Assembly (NCBI GenBank): GCA_040285855.1
Contig: JAUFOQ010000010.1
Span: 1,984,001 to 2,048,000, forward strand
Length of the DNA stretch: 64,000 nt
Direction of reading: 5' to 3'
DNA from: Eukaryota sp. GEM-RC1
Lineage: Eukaryota
Positions 14,838-28,620 of this stretch are shown here, in pieces (the stretch's first letter is position 1; the number at the start of each line of letters is the position of its first letter). The position numbers and the translations under genes are program-made. A model generated the notes under the pieces. It worked only from the letters and a program-made list of their open reading frames with translations, had not been told where the DNA came from and ran no database searches.

Positions 14838-15402
14838 ATGTCTTCACCCCAACAACATAGTTCTATTTCTCGCCATACTTATATTGAAGATAATAGAAAA
14901 AGATACGGTTTGTCTTCATTTACGAGTATCTAATATCTATTTCTTACAGTCATACTCATTTTAGTTACTCTTAGCAAGCGAAGAGTGACCATTGCTTCCA
15001 TGGCGAAAGAACTTGCCAATACCTATCAGTGTGAGACTTTTTTTTGTACTATAAGTGAGTCTGGCAATGTTGTGGTACATTCTTCAGATAAGTTCGCTCC
15101 TCTACTACAGTCCAGTGTCTTTCATGAATTATTACAGCGCGCACTGTATCCATCTTATACACCGTAATTTGTCAAGCGTAATTCCAACAACTTAGGAGTT
15201 CTCGACTCCTATCAGGCATTTTGTATCAATTGCTCTCACACACTGTAAATTACATGATGCTGAAGAATCAAGTATCGTCTTCTCTGTATGAATGGAGTGT
15301 ACGCTTACAACTACACTTCGTCTTGCTAATCAATCAACACCAGCAGCTTTTTTTACTGACTATACTACCCTTTTGAGGTCCACGGTCCTTTCCCTGGATT
15401 AG
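14838..15402 (+). CDS. SRF-type MADS-box transcription factor, copy 4
   Basis: Same spliced model. Confidence 0.7.
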
Positions 15403-16258
15403 TTTCTTTCTAACTGATATTGCTTAGAAGACATGACATTCTTTTCACTGGTTTGAACAATCGTCATCCGTTTCAGCGAAGTTATTTTCCCCTGACATTG
15501 TAAGAGAATCATACATCCCCATAGTTGTGCTAAAACTCATGTGAGTGAACATACAGATCGTTTTCTACATTACTATGGAAAGTGACTTCCGGACAATAGA
15601 TACCGGCTGTCAAGTTCAGATTTTTGGAGATGCCCGATAAATCGTGTTCCGGTATAGAGTAGTATTAAATTGTGTTTTGTGTTTCAATGATAATAATAAC
15701 CATATCATTTATAACAAGTATTGTGTTTATGGTCGTCTTGCAACGTACCAATATCTTTCAATTTTCCGAGAACATACAGTAATAGTTGTAAATTTTGAAT
15801 GAAACTGTCAACAAGTCACTGTGATGGCGCCCCAGCCCTTTGTGAATTCAGTTATAGCAACGAACGATCACAATTAACAAAAGTGTAGCATCGTATGTCA
15901 ATCAATAATCTTTCAGACATACGACCATCGATTTGGCTCAAAAGCAAACGGTTTGCAAGACGAGAAATGTCTTGAGTGACAACGTTCACTGTAGATGGGG
16001 CCTACAAATAGACATGGTTCACTTAACAGCTGATTATATCTTCCACAAGAATTGCATATCAGATTTGTATGTCCTATTTGATTTCGGTACTGAAACCCAA
16101 AATACATGAAGAGGTCCAATGTCTGACCAAGTTTGCCTTTAAAACGGATGAACAAATACAAAATTGAACATAGTGCTGTTTTCGAAGACAGAGTCATTAA
16201 TGTTGTTCCATTGTTGTCTGTCTTAGCGATGTAAAGGGAGTGTGTAATTTCAATTTCA

Positions 16259-16835
16259 ATGTCTTCACCCCAACAACATAGTTCTATTTCTCGCCATACT
16301 TATATTGAAGATAATAGAAAAGATACGGTTTGTCTTCATTTACGAGTATCTTATATCTATTTCTTACAGTCATACTCATTTTAGTTACTCTTAGCAAGCG
16401 AAGAGTGACCATTGCTTCCATGGCTAAAGAACTTGCCAATACCTATCAGTGTGAGACTTTTTTTTGTACTATAAGTGAGTCTGGTAATGTAGTGGTACAT
16501 TCTTCAGATAAGTTCGCTCCTCTACTACAGTCCAGTGTCTTTCATGAATTATTACAGCGCGCACTGTATCCATCTTATACACCGTAATTTGTCAAGCGTA
16601 ATTCCAACAACTTAGGAGTTCTCGACTCCTATCAGGCATTTTGTATCAATTGCTCTCACACACTGTAAATTACATGATGCTGAAGAATCAAGTATCGTCT
16701 TCTCTGTATGAATGGAGTGTACGCTTACAACTACACTTCGTCTTGCTAATCAATCAACACCAGCAGCTTTTTTTTACTGACTATACTACCCTTTTTGAGG
16801 TCCACGGTCCTTTCCCTGGATTAGTTTCTTTCTAA
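16259..16835 (+). CDS. SRF-type MADS-box transcription factor, copy 5
   Basis: Same spliced model, with homopolymer length variants. Confidence 0.65.
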
Positions 16836-17681
16836 CTGATATTGCTTAGAAGACATGACATTCTTTTCACTGGTTTGAACAATCGTCATCCGTTTCAGCG
16901 AAGTTATTTTCCCCTGACATTGTAAGAGAATCATACATCCCCATAGTTGTGCTAAAACTCATGTGAGTGAACATACAGATCGTTTTCTACATTACTATGG
17001 AAAGTGACTTACGGACAATAGATACCGGCTGTCAAGTTCAGATTTTTGGAGATGCCCGATAACTCGTGTTCCGGTATAGAGTAGTATTAAATTGTGTTTT
17101 GTGTTTCAATGATAATAGTAACCATATCATTTATAACAAGTATTGTGTTTATGGTCGTCTTGCAACGTACCAATATCTTTCAATTTTCCGAGAACATACA
17201 GTAATAGTTGTAAATTTTGAATGAAACTGTCAACAAGTCACTGTGATGGCGCCCCAGCCCTTTGTGAATTCAGTTATAGCAACGAACGATCACAATTAAC
17301 AAAAGTGTAGCATCGTATGTCAATCAATAATCTTTCAGACATACCACCATCGATTTGGCTCAAAAGCAAACGGTTTGCAAGACGAGAAATGTCTTGAGTA
17401 ACAACGTTCACTGTAGATGGGGCCTACAAATAGACATGGTTCACTTAACAGCTGATTATATCTTCCACAAGAATTGCATATCAGATTTGTATGTCCTATT
17501 TGATTTCGGTACTGAAACCCAAAATACATGAAGAGGTCCAATGTCTGACCAAGTTTGCCTTTTAAAACGGATGAACAAATACAAAATTGAACATAGTGCT
17601 GTTTTCGAAGACAGAGTCATTAATGTTGTTCCATTGTTGTCTGTCTTAGCGATGTAAAGGGAGTGTGTAATTTCAATTTCA

Positions 17682-18259
17682 ATGTCTTCACCCCAACAAC
17701 ATAGTTCTATTTCTCGCCATACTTATATTGAAGGTAATAGAAAAAGATACGGTTGGTCTTCATTTACGAGTATCTTATATCTATTTCTTACAGTCATACT
17801 CATTTTAGTTACTCTTAGCAAGCGAAGAGTGACCATTGCTTCCATGGCTAAAGAACTTGCCAATACCTATCAGTGTGAGACTTTTTTTTGTACTATAAGT
17901 GAGTCTGGCAATGTAGTGGTACATTCTTCAGATAAGTTCGCTCCTCTACTACAGTCCAGTGTCTTTCATGAATTATTACAGCGCGCACTGTATCCATCTT
18001 ATACACCGTAATTTGTCAAGCGTAATTCCAACAACTTAGGAGTTCTCGACTCCTATCAGGCATTTTGTATCAATTGCTCTCACACACTGTAAATTACATG
18101 ATGCTGAAGAATCAAGTATCGTCATCTCTGTATGAATGGAGTGTACCCTTACAACTACACTTCGTCTTGCTAATCAATCAACACCAGCAGCTTTTTTTTA
18201 CTGACTATACTACCCTTTTTGAGGTCCACGGTCCTTTCCCTGGATTAGTTTCTTTCTAA
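17682..18259 (+). CDS. SRF-type MADS-box transcription factor, copy 6
   Basis: Same spliced model. Confidence 0.7.
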
Positions 18260-19104
18260 CTGATATTGCTTAGAAGACATGACATTCTTTTCACTGGTTT
18301 GAACAATCGTCATCCGTTTCAGCGAAGTTATTTTCCCCTGACATTGTAAGAGAATCATACATCCCCATAGTTGTGCTAAAACTCATGTGAGTGAACATAC
18401 AGATCGTTTTCTACATTACTATGGAAAGTGACTTACGGACAATAGATACCGGCTGTCAAGTTCAGATTTTTGGAGATGCCCGATAACTCGTGTTCCGGTA
18501 TAGAGTAGTATTAAATTGCGTTTTGTGTTTCAATGATAATAATAACCATATCATTTATAACAAGTATTGTGTTTATGGTCGTCTTGCAACGTACCAATAT
18601 CTTTCAATTTTCCGAGAACATACAGTAATAGTTGTAAATTTTGAATGAAACTGTCAACAAGTCACTGTGATGGCGCCCCAGCCCTTTGTGAATTCAGTTA
18701 TAGCAACGAACGATCACAATTAACAAAAGTGTAGCATCGTATGTCAATCAATAATCTTTCAGACATACGACCATCGATTTGGCTCAAAAGCAAACGGTTT
18801 GCAAGACGAGAAATGTCTTGAGTAACAACGTTCACTGTAGATGGGGCCTACAAATAGACATGGTTCACTTAACAGCTGATTATATCTTCCACAAGAATTG
18901 CATATCAGATTTGTATGTCCTATTTGATTTCGGTACTGAAACCCAAAATACATGAAGAGGTCCAATATCTGACCACGTTTGCCTTTAAAACGGATGAACA
19001 AATACAAAATTGAACATAGTGCTGTTTTCGAAGACAGAGTCATTAATGTTGTTCCATTGTTGACTGTCTTAGCGATGTAAAGGGAGTGTGTAATTTCAAT
19101 CCCA

Positions 19105-19670
19105 ACGTCTTCACCCCAACAACATAGTTCTATTTCTCGCCATACTTATATTGAAGATAATAGAAAAAGATACGGTTTGTCTTCATTTACGAGTATCTTA
19201 TATCTATTTCTTACAGTCATACTCATTTTAGTTACTCTTAGCAAGCGAAGAGTGACCATTGCTTCCATGGCTAAAGAACTTGCCAATACCTATCAGTGTG
19301 AGACATTTTTTTGTACTATAAGTGAGTCTGGTAATGAAGTGGTACGTTCTTCAGATAAGTTCGCTCCTCTACTACAGTCCAGTGTCTTTCATGAATTATT
19401 ACAGCGCGCACTGTATCCATCTTATACACCGTAATTTGTCAAGCGTAATTCCAACAACTTAGGAGTTCTCGACTCCTATCAGGCATTTTGTATCAATTGC
19501 TCTCACACACTGTAAATTACATGATGCTGAAGAATCAAGTATCGTCATCTCTGTATGAATGGAGTGTACGCTTACAACTACACTTCGTCTTGCTAATCAA
19601 TCAACACCAGCAGCTTTTTTTACTGACTATACTACCCTTTTTGAGGTACACGGTCCTTTCCCTGGATTAG
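19105..19670 (+). pseudogene. MADS-box copy 7, start codon ATG>ACG
   Basis: cccaACGtct at 19105 where other copies have ATG. Confidence 0.55.
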
Positions 19671-20526
19671 TTTCTTTCTAACTGATATTGCTTAGAAGAC
19701 ATGACATTCTTTTCACTGGTTTGAACAATCGTCATCCGTTTCAGCGAAGTTATTTTCCCCTGACATTGTAAGAGAATCATACATCCCCATAGTTGTGCTA
19801 AAACTCATGTGAGTGAACATACAGATCGTTTTCTACATTACTATGGAAAATGACTTACGGACAATAGATACCGGCTGTCAAGTTCAGATTTTTGGAGATG
19901 CCCGATAAATCGTGTTCCGGTATAGAGTAGTATTAAATTGTGTTTTGTGTTTCAATGATAATAATAACCATATCATTTATAACAAGTATTGTGTTTATGG
20001 TCGTCTTGCAACGTACCAATATCTTTCAATTTTCCGAGAACATACAGTAATAGTTGTAAATTTTGAATGAAACTGTCAACAAGTCACTGTGATGGCGCCC
20101 CAGCCCTTTGTGAATTCAGTTATAGCAACGAACGATCACAATTAACAAAAGTGTAGCATCGTATGTCAATCAATAATCTTTCAGACATACGACCATCGAT
20201 TTGGCTCAAAAGCAAACGGTTTGCAAGACGAGAAATGTCTTGAGTGACAACGTTCACTGTAGATGGGGCCTACAAATAGACATGGTTCACTTAACAGCTG
20301 ATTATATCTTCCACAAGAATTGCATATCAGATTTGTATGTCCTATTTGATTTCGGTACTGAAACCCAAAATACATGAAGAGGTCCAATGTCTGACCAAGT
20401 TTGCCTTTAAAACGGATGAACAAATACAAAATTGAACATAGTGCTGTTTTCGAAGACAGAGTCATTAATGTTGTTCCATTGTTGTCTGTCTTAGCGATGT
20501 AAAGGGAGTGTGTAATTTCAATCCCA

Positions 20527-21104
20527 ATGTCTTCACCCCAACAACATAGTTCTATTTCTCGCCATACTTATATTGAAGATAATAGAAAAAGATACGGTTT
20601 GTCTTCATTTACGAGTATCTTATATCTATTTCTTACAGTCATACTCATTTTAGTTACTCTTAGCAAGCGAAGAGTGACCATTGCTTCCATGGCTAAAGAA
20701 CTTGCCAATACCTATCAGTGTGAGACTTTTTTTTGTACTATAAGTGAGTCTGGTAATGTAGTGGTACATTCTTCAGATAAGTTCGCTCCTCTACTACAGT
20801 CCAGTGTCTTTCATGAATTATTACAGCGCGCACTGTATCCATCTTATACACCGTAATTTGTCAAGCGTAATTCCAACAACTTAGGAGTTCTCGACTCCTA
20901 TCAGGCATTTTGTATCAATTGCTCTCACACACTGTAAATTACATGATGCTGAAGAATCAAGTATCGTCATCTCTGTATGAATGGAGTGTACCCTTACAAC
21001 TACACTTCGTCTTGCTAATCAATCAACACCAGCAGCTTTTTTTTACTGACTATACTACCCTTTTTGAGGTCCACGGTCCTTTCCCTGGATTAGTTTCTTT
21101 CTAA
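20527..21104 (+). CDS. SRF-type MADS-box transcription factor, copy 8 (introns 20597-20653 and 20853-20884)
   Basis: GTTTGT...CTCATTTTAG (57 nt) and GTAATT...CAACTTAG (32 nt). Splicing gives RKRYVTLSKRR...DKFAPLLQSSVFHELLQRAL, matching SRF MADS plus the following SAM helix. Confidence 0.75.
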
Positions 21105-21949
21105 CTGATATTGCTTAGAAGACATGACATTCTTTTCACTGGTTTGAACAATCGTCATCCGTTTCAGCGAAGTTATTTTCCCCTGACATTGTAAGAGAAT
21201 CATACATCCCCATAGTTGTGCTAAAACTCATGTGGGTGAACATACAGATCGTTTTCTACATTACTATGGAAAGTGACTTACGGACAATAGATACCGGCTG
21301 TCAAGTTCAGATTTTTGGAGATGCCCGATAACTCGTGTTCCGGTATAGAGTAGTATTAAATTGCGTTTTGTGTTTCAATGATAATAATAACCATATCATT
21401 TATAACAAGTATTGTGTTTATGGTCGTCTTGCAACGTACCAATATCTTTCAATTTTCCGAGAACATACAGTAATAGTTGTAAATTTTGAATGAAACTGTC
21501 AACAAGTCACTGTGATGGCGCCCCAGCCCTTTGTGAATTCAGTTATAGCAACGAACGATCACAATTAACAAAAGTGTAGCATCGTATGTCAATCAATAAT
21601 CTTTCAGACATACGACCATCGATTTGGCTCAAAAGCAAACGGTTTGCAAGACGAGAAATGTCTTGAGTAACAACGTTCACTGTAGATGGGGCCTACAAAT
21701 AGACATGGTTCACTTAACAGCTGATTATATCTTCCACAAGAATTGCATATCAGATTTGTATGTCCTATTTGATTTCGGTACTGAAACCCAAAATACATGA
21801 AGAGGTCCAATATCTGACCACGTTTGCCTTTAAAACGGATGAACAAATACAAAATTGAACATAGTGCTGTTTTCGAAGACAGAGTCATTAATGTTGTTCC
21901 ATTGTTGACTGTCTTAGCGATGTAAAGGGAGTGTGTAATTTCAATCCCA

Positions 21950-22289
21950 ACGTCTTCACCCCAACAACATAGTTCTATTTCTCGCCATACTTATATTGAA
22001 GATAATAGAAAAAGATACGGTTTGTCTTCATTTACGAGTATCTTATATCTATTTCTTACAGTCATACTCATTTTAGATACTCTTAGCAAACGGAGAGGGA
22101 CCAATGCTTTCATGGCTAAACAACTTCTCGATACCTATCAGTGTGAGATTATTGTTGTACCAGAACTTCATGTTTAGAAATCGAAATCAGTCTGGTAATG
22201 TAGTGATACATTCCTTAAACACGTTTGCTCCTCTATTACAGTCGAGTGCCTTTCAAGAATGGTTACAGGGCTCACTGAACCCAACTTAA
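21950..22289 (+). pseudogene. MADS-box copy 9, ACG start, diverged and truncated 3' part
   Basis: Identity to the unit drops after about 22077 and is lost by about 22300. Confidence 0.6.
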
Positions 22290-23115
22290 TAGCCTTAAAT
22301 TACACTGGCTTATACCTATACTGCCTTGTATTACAATGACTTCTTACTTCAACAATCAGAACTGTTAATCTGGCTTGTTCCAAAAATCAATTGAAACGCT
22401 CTCAAATTGCTCAACACTGCGTATTTAATCATTTCAATGTTTGCGGTGACGTTACTACCCTTATGGAATTGGACAATGTTTTCCAATATCGACGTTGTTG
22501 TTGTTTTCACCAAGTTCACAAATGCGTACTTCCATACAGAACGCAGAAATCGTTTGGTTGAGCTCCTCGTAAGTGGAGAATTGTATCTGTCGTTTGAGAT
22601 ACTCAAAAGAGCCTCACCAGATGCTTCAAGGTCAGGCTCGGAGAGATGGGGCGACCTGAGCAAAACAGGATCCATTATAAGCTGGATGGTTACCTGATGT
22701 TTCTTGTCTGTGATAGACATATACACATCTAATTCCTCGAGGAAGGTTTGAATATCGTTCCTTGTGAAGGTTCTTCGGCGGGATTAAGAAAGAAAGATCT
22801 TATAGAATAATTATTGTTGCCGATAAGTCAACATTGATAAGAATAAAGAAGAAAAAAAGAGGTTATTGTTAAAAGAGAAATGCTTCGGACTAAGTGACAC
22901 TTCATCAGACGTGAAGATATCTACTAGGTATCGCTATCTTCACTAACACTCGTTGACAATGTCAACTGGACATCGCTCGCTCGCAAGAATCAACTCTCTT
23001 TTCAGTGACAGATCACTTTCTGAAATAGAGCAAGACCGATTTTGTGCTACAGTTGTTGTAAGATCTCGTGAGTCAACATACATTGCGTTTTATGCACAAT
23101 TATTACAATAATTTA

Positions 23116-23234
23116 TAGATGGGAGCCGGCTCAAAATTTGCTCACGGCTCGGCCGCAGGCATTAGCCAGCCGGCTGCTGCTTACAACACATTTTAGCCCG
23201 CACAAGCCGGCTGAAGCCGGCTTAGCCTCATCTA
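23116..23234. mobile_element. Short TIR element remnant with AGCCGGCT motifs
   Basis: Starts TAGATG and ends CATCTA, GC-rich with several AGCCGGCT palindromes. No TSD seen. The same motifs flank the MULE at 25127 and 27446. Confidence 0.4.
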
Positions 23235-23545
23235 GTTTTGCTTCGAGCATTTAGGCTAACTGCTTTAAAGAAACGCCTTTTATTTACTCTTACAAATACA
23301 AATACAAACTATCATCAGCATTAACAAAATCACTGCTTAATAGTGTTATTGACTGGTTACTTGATATACCAGTCAAATGAGTCAGAACCATTGATATTGA
23401 CAACTACACCATGTATCAAAACGGATACCTTTAATCAGTACATTCCAATTTTCACAGATTTTACATTTCACTTATTTTTGTGATTAGCACTTATAAACTT
23501 GACGGTTAGTTATTACTTGAATCTGTGAAACAATCGTAACACCAC

Positions 23546-24677
23546 CAGGCTTCACTAAAGTAGTCCAAAATTCCAAATTAAAGTAAAGTGAAGTACTTTA
23601 CTTTACTTTAACAAATAAAGTTACTTTAAGGACATTAAAGTTGGTCCGATCTCAACTTCTCTCCCATACATTCTCTCCTGAAAATTGAAAATAGATTTCC
23701 ATGAGATTCCTTCCTTCCGAAGAATGGAAGTCAGTTTGTGAAGTTGTATAGGTGTTGGGAAAAACATGTGCCCGCATACATTGCAAACTGTGCGACCAAA
23801 ACTACTCAGTCAATAGATGGGCTATGGAGGTACACTACGTCCCGAATCTTTATCCTAAACGACCAGATGTGGTTCAAGTTGAAGAAGTGAACCTAGATGA
23901 AGATCTGGTCCAATTTGATCCATGGTGAAAATGATATATTCTTAAGCGCTCACCCGCTTTCCATTAAGAATTGTAGTTTTTGGTGAGTTTCTACAATAAA
24001 ACATGTATAATAATGTACTTTTGGTGTCACACAGTTCATTTACTAGTGTTGCACGAAACGTTTCGGCGTTTCCAACGTTTCCGTTTCCGATACGTTTCAG
24101 AAACGTTAATGACTCACAGGAAACGCATCCAAAACGTGAATAAACGTTTCAAAACTTGATGATTCCCGTAAATTTGTGTAAAAGTATTCCGTTTATTGAA
24201 CTTTAATACTCTTTATATGAATGTTACCAATACAATTGATGCACAGTAGCAAACCACTAAAACGAAAACACTTACAGGCATAACTGTAGTTTGTAATCCA
24301 ATTTTCTCTCACAATTTCTTCACATTGAGAATTACAATCCATACAACATGTATAACACCTGCACGTACAACAAAGAACTGATAAAAATCAATTATACCCG
24401 TTAAACGGAATTTTTTCAAAGAGAGAATGTTGGTGGAGAAAAATTGAGATGTAGAACCATAAAATGACGTTTCGGAAACGGAAACGCGATTCCGAAACGT
24501 AAACGCGTTTCCACAAGAATTTTCACACGTTTCGCGCAACACTATTATTTACTGTGCTCAAAAAGCCAAGTAATCAAGATTGAGGTTTGTCACTTTACAG
24601 TTTAAAAAAATCTTAAAGTAAAGTGAAGTAAAGTAAAGTAAAGTCACATTATCACTTTACTACTTTAGTGAAGCCTG
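23546..24677 (+). mobile_element. Non-autonomous hAT element (deletion derivative)
   Basis: Perfect 19-bp TIR CAGGCTTCACTAAAGTAGT, perfect 8-bp TSD AACACCAC (23538-45, 24678-85), subterminal AAAGT repeats, and a BED-finger-like remnant (EEWKS...CKLCDQNY...EVHY) at 23701-23925. Confidence 0.9.
24044..24544. mobile_element. hAT-type MITE nested in the preceding element
   Basis: TIR TAGTGTTGCACGAAACG / CGTTTCGCGCAACACTA, 8-bp TSD TCATTTAC/TTATTTAC, and subterminal AAACG/CGTTT repeats. Confidence 0.88.
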
Positions 24678-25142
24678 AACACCACTATGTAATTGGTTGT
24701 CTGCTTAATATAAGAAAACAGTACAGCCGTACTTTTGAGAAGGAGCTTAATTGGTTCAAAAGAAACAAAATCGTTGACAGAAGCTCTCTGACGGACTCCA
24801 GGTTTATTACTGTCTCAGACCACAGGTATTTCCATTTTATATGGAATTAAAAGATGTAATAGACATAAAAGTGTCAGAAATGGACACGGCGACAACAATG
24901 TAGATACGGCATTGAATGTTTCGTTAGTGCCCCCAAGAAAAACAGTAGAGCAATTATTCGACCCATATCAACTATATTCACCAATTCTAATGTTGCTCGA
25001 ACGTTGATAAACATTATGAGCCCAAAACTGTTCTCATAAGCAATGTAAACGATTATTTTCGATTTCTCAACTCAATATTGGATCTTTATTAGCTATGTTT
25101 TCAGAGAACCTAAAATATTCGGCTTGAGCCGGCTAAAAATAT

Positions 25143-27429
25143 GGTCCAGACTAAATACACACCCCCACGGACGACAATTTTTCCTTGACACAACAATTCT
25201 TCCCCTGATTGATTCCTTCTTATCTCCATCGATTTGCCTTATATATGTCATCCACTGTCAATCGTACATCTTGTTCCTTTTCCGTTGCAGAATTATTCCC
25301 TGAAGCGAGCTTGTATTCCAAACGCCAAGATCTTATCGAGTATATTCAAGACAGGGCTTTCTCCAGTAATTTTGCCCTTTCTATAAGCAGAAGTAATGAG
25401 AAATCTACGTTCTTTCTTTGTGATCAAGCCGGAGAACCTCGTCAACGCAAATCTAGTAATAATACGGGCAGTGAAAATCCTTCCATTACAGTTCAAAGCC
25501 GCTTAACCTCATCGAAAAGTGTGGCTGCCAGTTTAAAGTTATTATACGTAGAAAACTGCCTAATGGGATTTGTTTCAAAAATTTGAACAATGTAGCCAAG
25601 AAGAAGTTATCACAAGAAGTAGAATATGTCTGGTTCATTGATGAAGATAAATGTGTGTTTGAACATAATCATAACGTTGTTGATTGTAAAGCTGCAATTG
25701 CCACATTCAGGCGTTCATGGTTGAGCGATGAAGCAATGGAGCTTGCTGCTCAGATGTTGAAGGCATTAATTCCGGCACCTGATGTTCTCGAGTTTCTCAA
25801 ACTTAAGTACTCAGATTGCCCATTAAATGTCAAAAACATTCATAATCTCAGGACTAATCTCTACCAAACAGATCCAGATATTATACGTGAAATTGATCAG
25901 TTAATTAAGGAAATGCACAGTTCCAGCTACGTTGTGGAGCTCAAATGGACAGAAAAAAAAAGAAATTTCTCATTTTTTATTTATTCACAAAAGAAATTTA
26001 CACTTATGGAAAACATATCCATATGTTTTACAACTGGATTGTACCTATAAAACGAATGTTAAAGAAATGCCACTATTAGCAATTGTCGGTACAACACCTC
26101 TCGAAACCGTTTTTCATTTAGGATTCGTGTTAATTTCAGGCGAGAAAATTGTTGATTATGATTGGTGTCTTCAAGTCATTAAAAAAATTCTGAATCCATT
26201 TTTGCCTGCAGTTGTAGTAACTGACAGTGATAGAGCCATTATGGCATCTATCAAAAACCAACTACCACATAGCTGCCACATTTTGTGTTCTTGGCACTTG
26301 TGGAAGAATATTTGTGAAAAAGCTGCTGGATTTCTATCTGGAACTGAAGGAGGTTTCCAAATTTTGCTTCCACGATTGAAGGAGGTCATTTTGGCTAGAA
26401 CAGAACCAGAATATGATGAACTGGAAAGACGTATTAAAGAAGATTATTCATCATTCCCAAATCTTGTTTCTTATCTCAACAAGCAACTGTTCAATTTGAA
26501 ATCTCATTTCGTTCATGCCTTTTTAAGAGACGTTATTCACCTGAATCAATTGACATCGTCTAGGGTTGAATCAGGTCATAGATCGATGAAAAGATCTTTA
26601 AAAATATCTACTTTAACCATTACTAGGGCAGTCCAGAAGATTACTAATTTTCTGGAAAGAAAAAGTATTCAATTTAATGAGAATTACGACGATGAAAGGA
26701 GAAAACGGTCTATTCCTTTAGGAAAGATCAACGTATTTCACAAAGTCCACCGTGAAATACCACGATCAATTTTGGTCAAAGTGTGGAACAATATCATGGA
26801 AATTCAAGCACAAGGTACCAATCAATCAAGTGAATGTATCTCCCAATGCTTGAAACAATTAGGTCTTCCTTGCTGCCACGTCATCAAACAGCTGGTAGAA
26901 GAAAACCTTTTATTGAAGAGAGAAATCAGAGGAATGGTTCCAATCTCCAACAACTTCAAAGGGAACTTTCAGAAGTAAATGAATATCGAGTTCTACGTAT
27001 TGATGACTTTCATCCCCAGTGGCATTTAGCAATTTTCACCAAGTACGACCCTGTAGTCGACCAGAGAAAAGAAGAAGTTGCTGAAAGAAAGAGACTACTG
27101 CTAAAGAGATTAACTGAGGAAGTAGAAGGCTTGAATGAAGTTGAATTCACGAGTTTAGAAACTCAAGTGGTGAACGTCCTCAACAACAACAAGGAAAGAA
27201 TCAAAGAACCTGAAGCAATTACTGCTACCAAGGGAAGAAAGAAATCAGACAGAGATGCATTCAACAAGAAGGCAAGAAGAGATTAGATAAAATAGTGTAT
27301 AACAGTATCAATAAAGGAAAGTCTGTGTTTGCAAGGAAAGTAGATGAAGAGAACAACGGCAACCAAGAAAAAGAATTGTTGTGCGAGAAAGAAAATGTCG
27401 TCCGTGGGGGTGTGTATTTAGCCTATCCC
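25143..27429 (+). mobile_element. Mutator-like element (MULE 1)
   Basis: Perfect 26-bp inverted core CTAAATACACACCCCCACGGACGACA (25151-76 / 27396-421), GG termini, flanking direct repeat AAAAATAT, and an internal transposase. Confidence 0.92.
25245..27286 (+). CDS. FAR1/MULE DDE transposase with SWIM finger (frameshifted)
   Basis: LDCTYKTN, VVVTDSDRA, CSWHL, SRVESGH and C..CLKQLGLPCCH across ORFs 25209-25586, 25583-26050, 25932-26978 and 26834-27286. Confidence 0.9.
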
Positions 27430-27645
27430 AAAAATATTTTTAGCCAGCCGGCTTGCAGCTGGAAATACTTCTGTTCTGGACCAGTATGGGAAGAGAGTGA
27501 AAATAAGCGAAATCAGGGAGTGAGAATAGGGCGTCTCCATAAACAATGTTCAAAGAACTTTACTAGTCTACACTGTGTTCGCGTAATATAACGCCTTGTT
27601 GCACGTAAAATGACTAACTTTTGAAGACAAAAGATATGAATGTGT

Positions 27646-28620
27646 CTAATTAGAAAATGTTTTAACCCCTTGTGGTGTACATGTGCAGAGATTGCAATTA
27701 ATCTGTTTCTCCGTCATTAAAATATGAACTGAAAAAAAATGTGCAATTGTAGAGTCCGCAAGTATATACAATGTACTGACCCTTAGGTGAAACCAAAAGT
27801 AAATTAAATAAATACTGCCCTTGTGTGGTGGTCCAGTCATCACCCACCACTGTACACCCTGTTCCATTAATGGAGTTAAGAAACGGTTAAGTCTTCTAAC
27901 AATTCCTGCTAAATTAGCTGAATATAAGTGTCCTTTAAAGTTTTTGCGGTAATAGGTTCGTATTGCCCATTAGTTGCAATCTTCACAGTGAAGTTGAAGG
28001 ACCTTGATTCAACCAATTTAAAACTAAGGAACTTCTCTGCTATCAAATATTCCATAGACTTGTACAATTCTTTCAGCCACATATTGAGTTGGGTTTTCTT
28101 CTGTTTCAATCTATGTACTGCTTCCTCTAAAGTTGGATGAATGATGTTTTCCTCAGTAAACTCTACATCAGGAACAATTAAAAGGGGTCGAGATACTTCG
28201 TGACGCAGATGGTCTTCACAACTGGAAAGGTAGTGTTGATCTCCAAACAACACAAAAATTATTTCTCAATGATAAAAACAATAAAAAATAGACAAAAATA
28301 CAAAAAAGATGAAAATTTAATAATATAATATTCTGTAACTTTAATGTGTTCATATATTAAAATTATCGCTTAATACCACCAATCAATGTCATATTCCAAT
28401 AGCTCTCAATTCTGAGACGTGATCAGATTCTACATTCTGATTTACCACTAGCATTGAGTGTTTACCATATGCAAAGTGTATCTGGAACTTTCATCATGTC
28501 AAATTTGTTGTCGTTGATTGCGTATTTTGATCACGTCTCAATTTTTACACAATCATAGTTAATTGGTCCATCTATTTGACGACCAATTCAAAGGTACTGG
28601 ACGTAAAAAAATGTGTTTCA
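27646..28620 (-). pseudogene. Decayed hAT-like transposase C-terminal fragment
   Basis: QWW...YILADSTIAHFFS...MTEKQ resembles the hAT dimerisation motif (WW...LSIPASSA.AER.FS). An SNRWTN remnant lies upstream. Many stops. Confidence 0.35.

Larger units (their letters stand above)
10150..22290 (+). repeat. Tandem array of about 1,420-bp units (about 8.5 units), each carrying a MADS-box gene
   Basis: Homologous gene starts at 10578, 11995, 13417, 14838, 16259, 17682, 19105, 20527 and 21950 (spacing 1417-1423). Internal units are near-identical and both edges are diverged. Confidence 0.97.

Noticed and set aside
13071..21888. Repeated 94-aa minus-strand ORF in each array unit
   Set aside because: No recognisable domain, and it is broken in some units. 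Recurrence is explained by the DNA repeat itself.
22349..22726. 125-aa minus and 96-aa plus ORFs after the array
   Set aside because: No recognisable motifs, so I cannot support a call.
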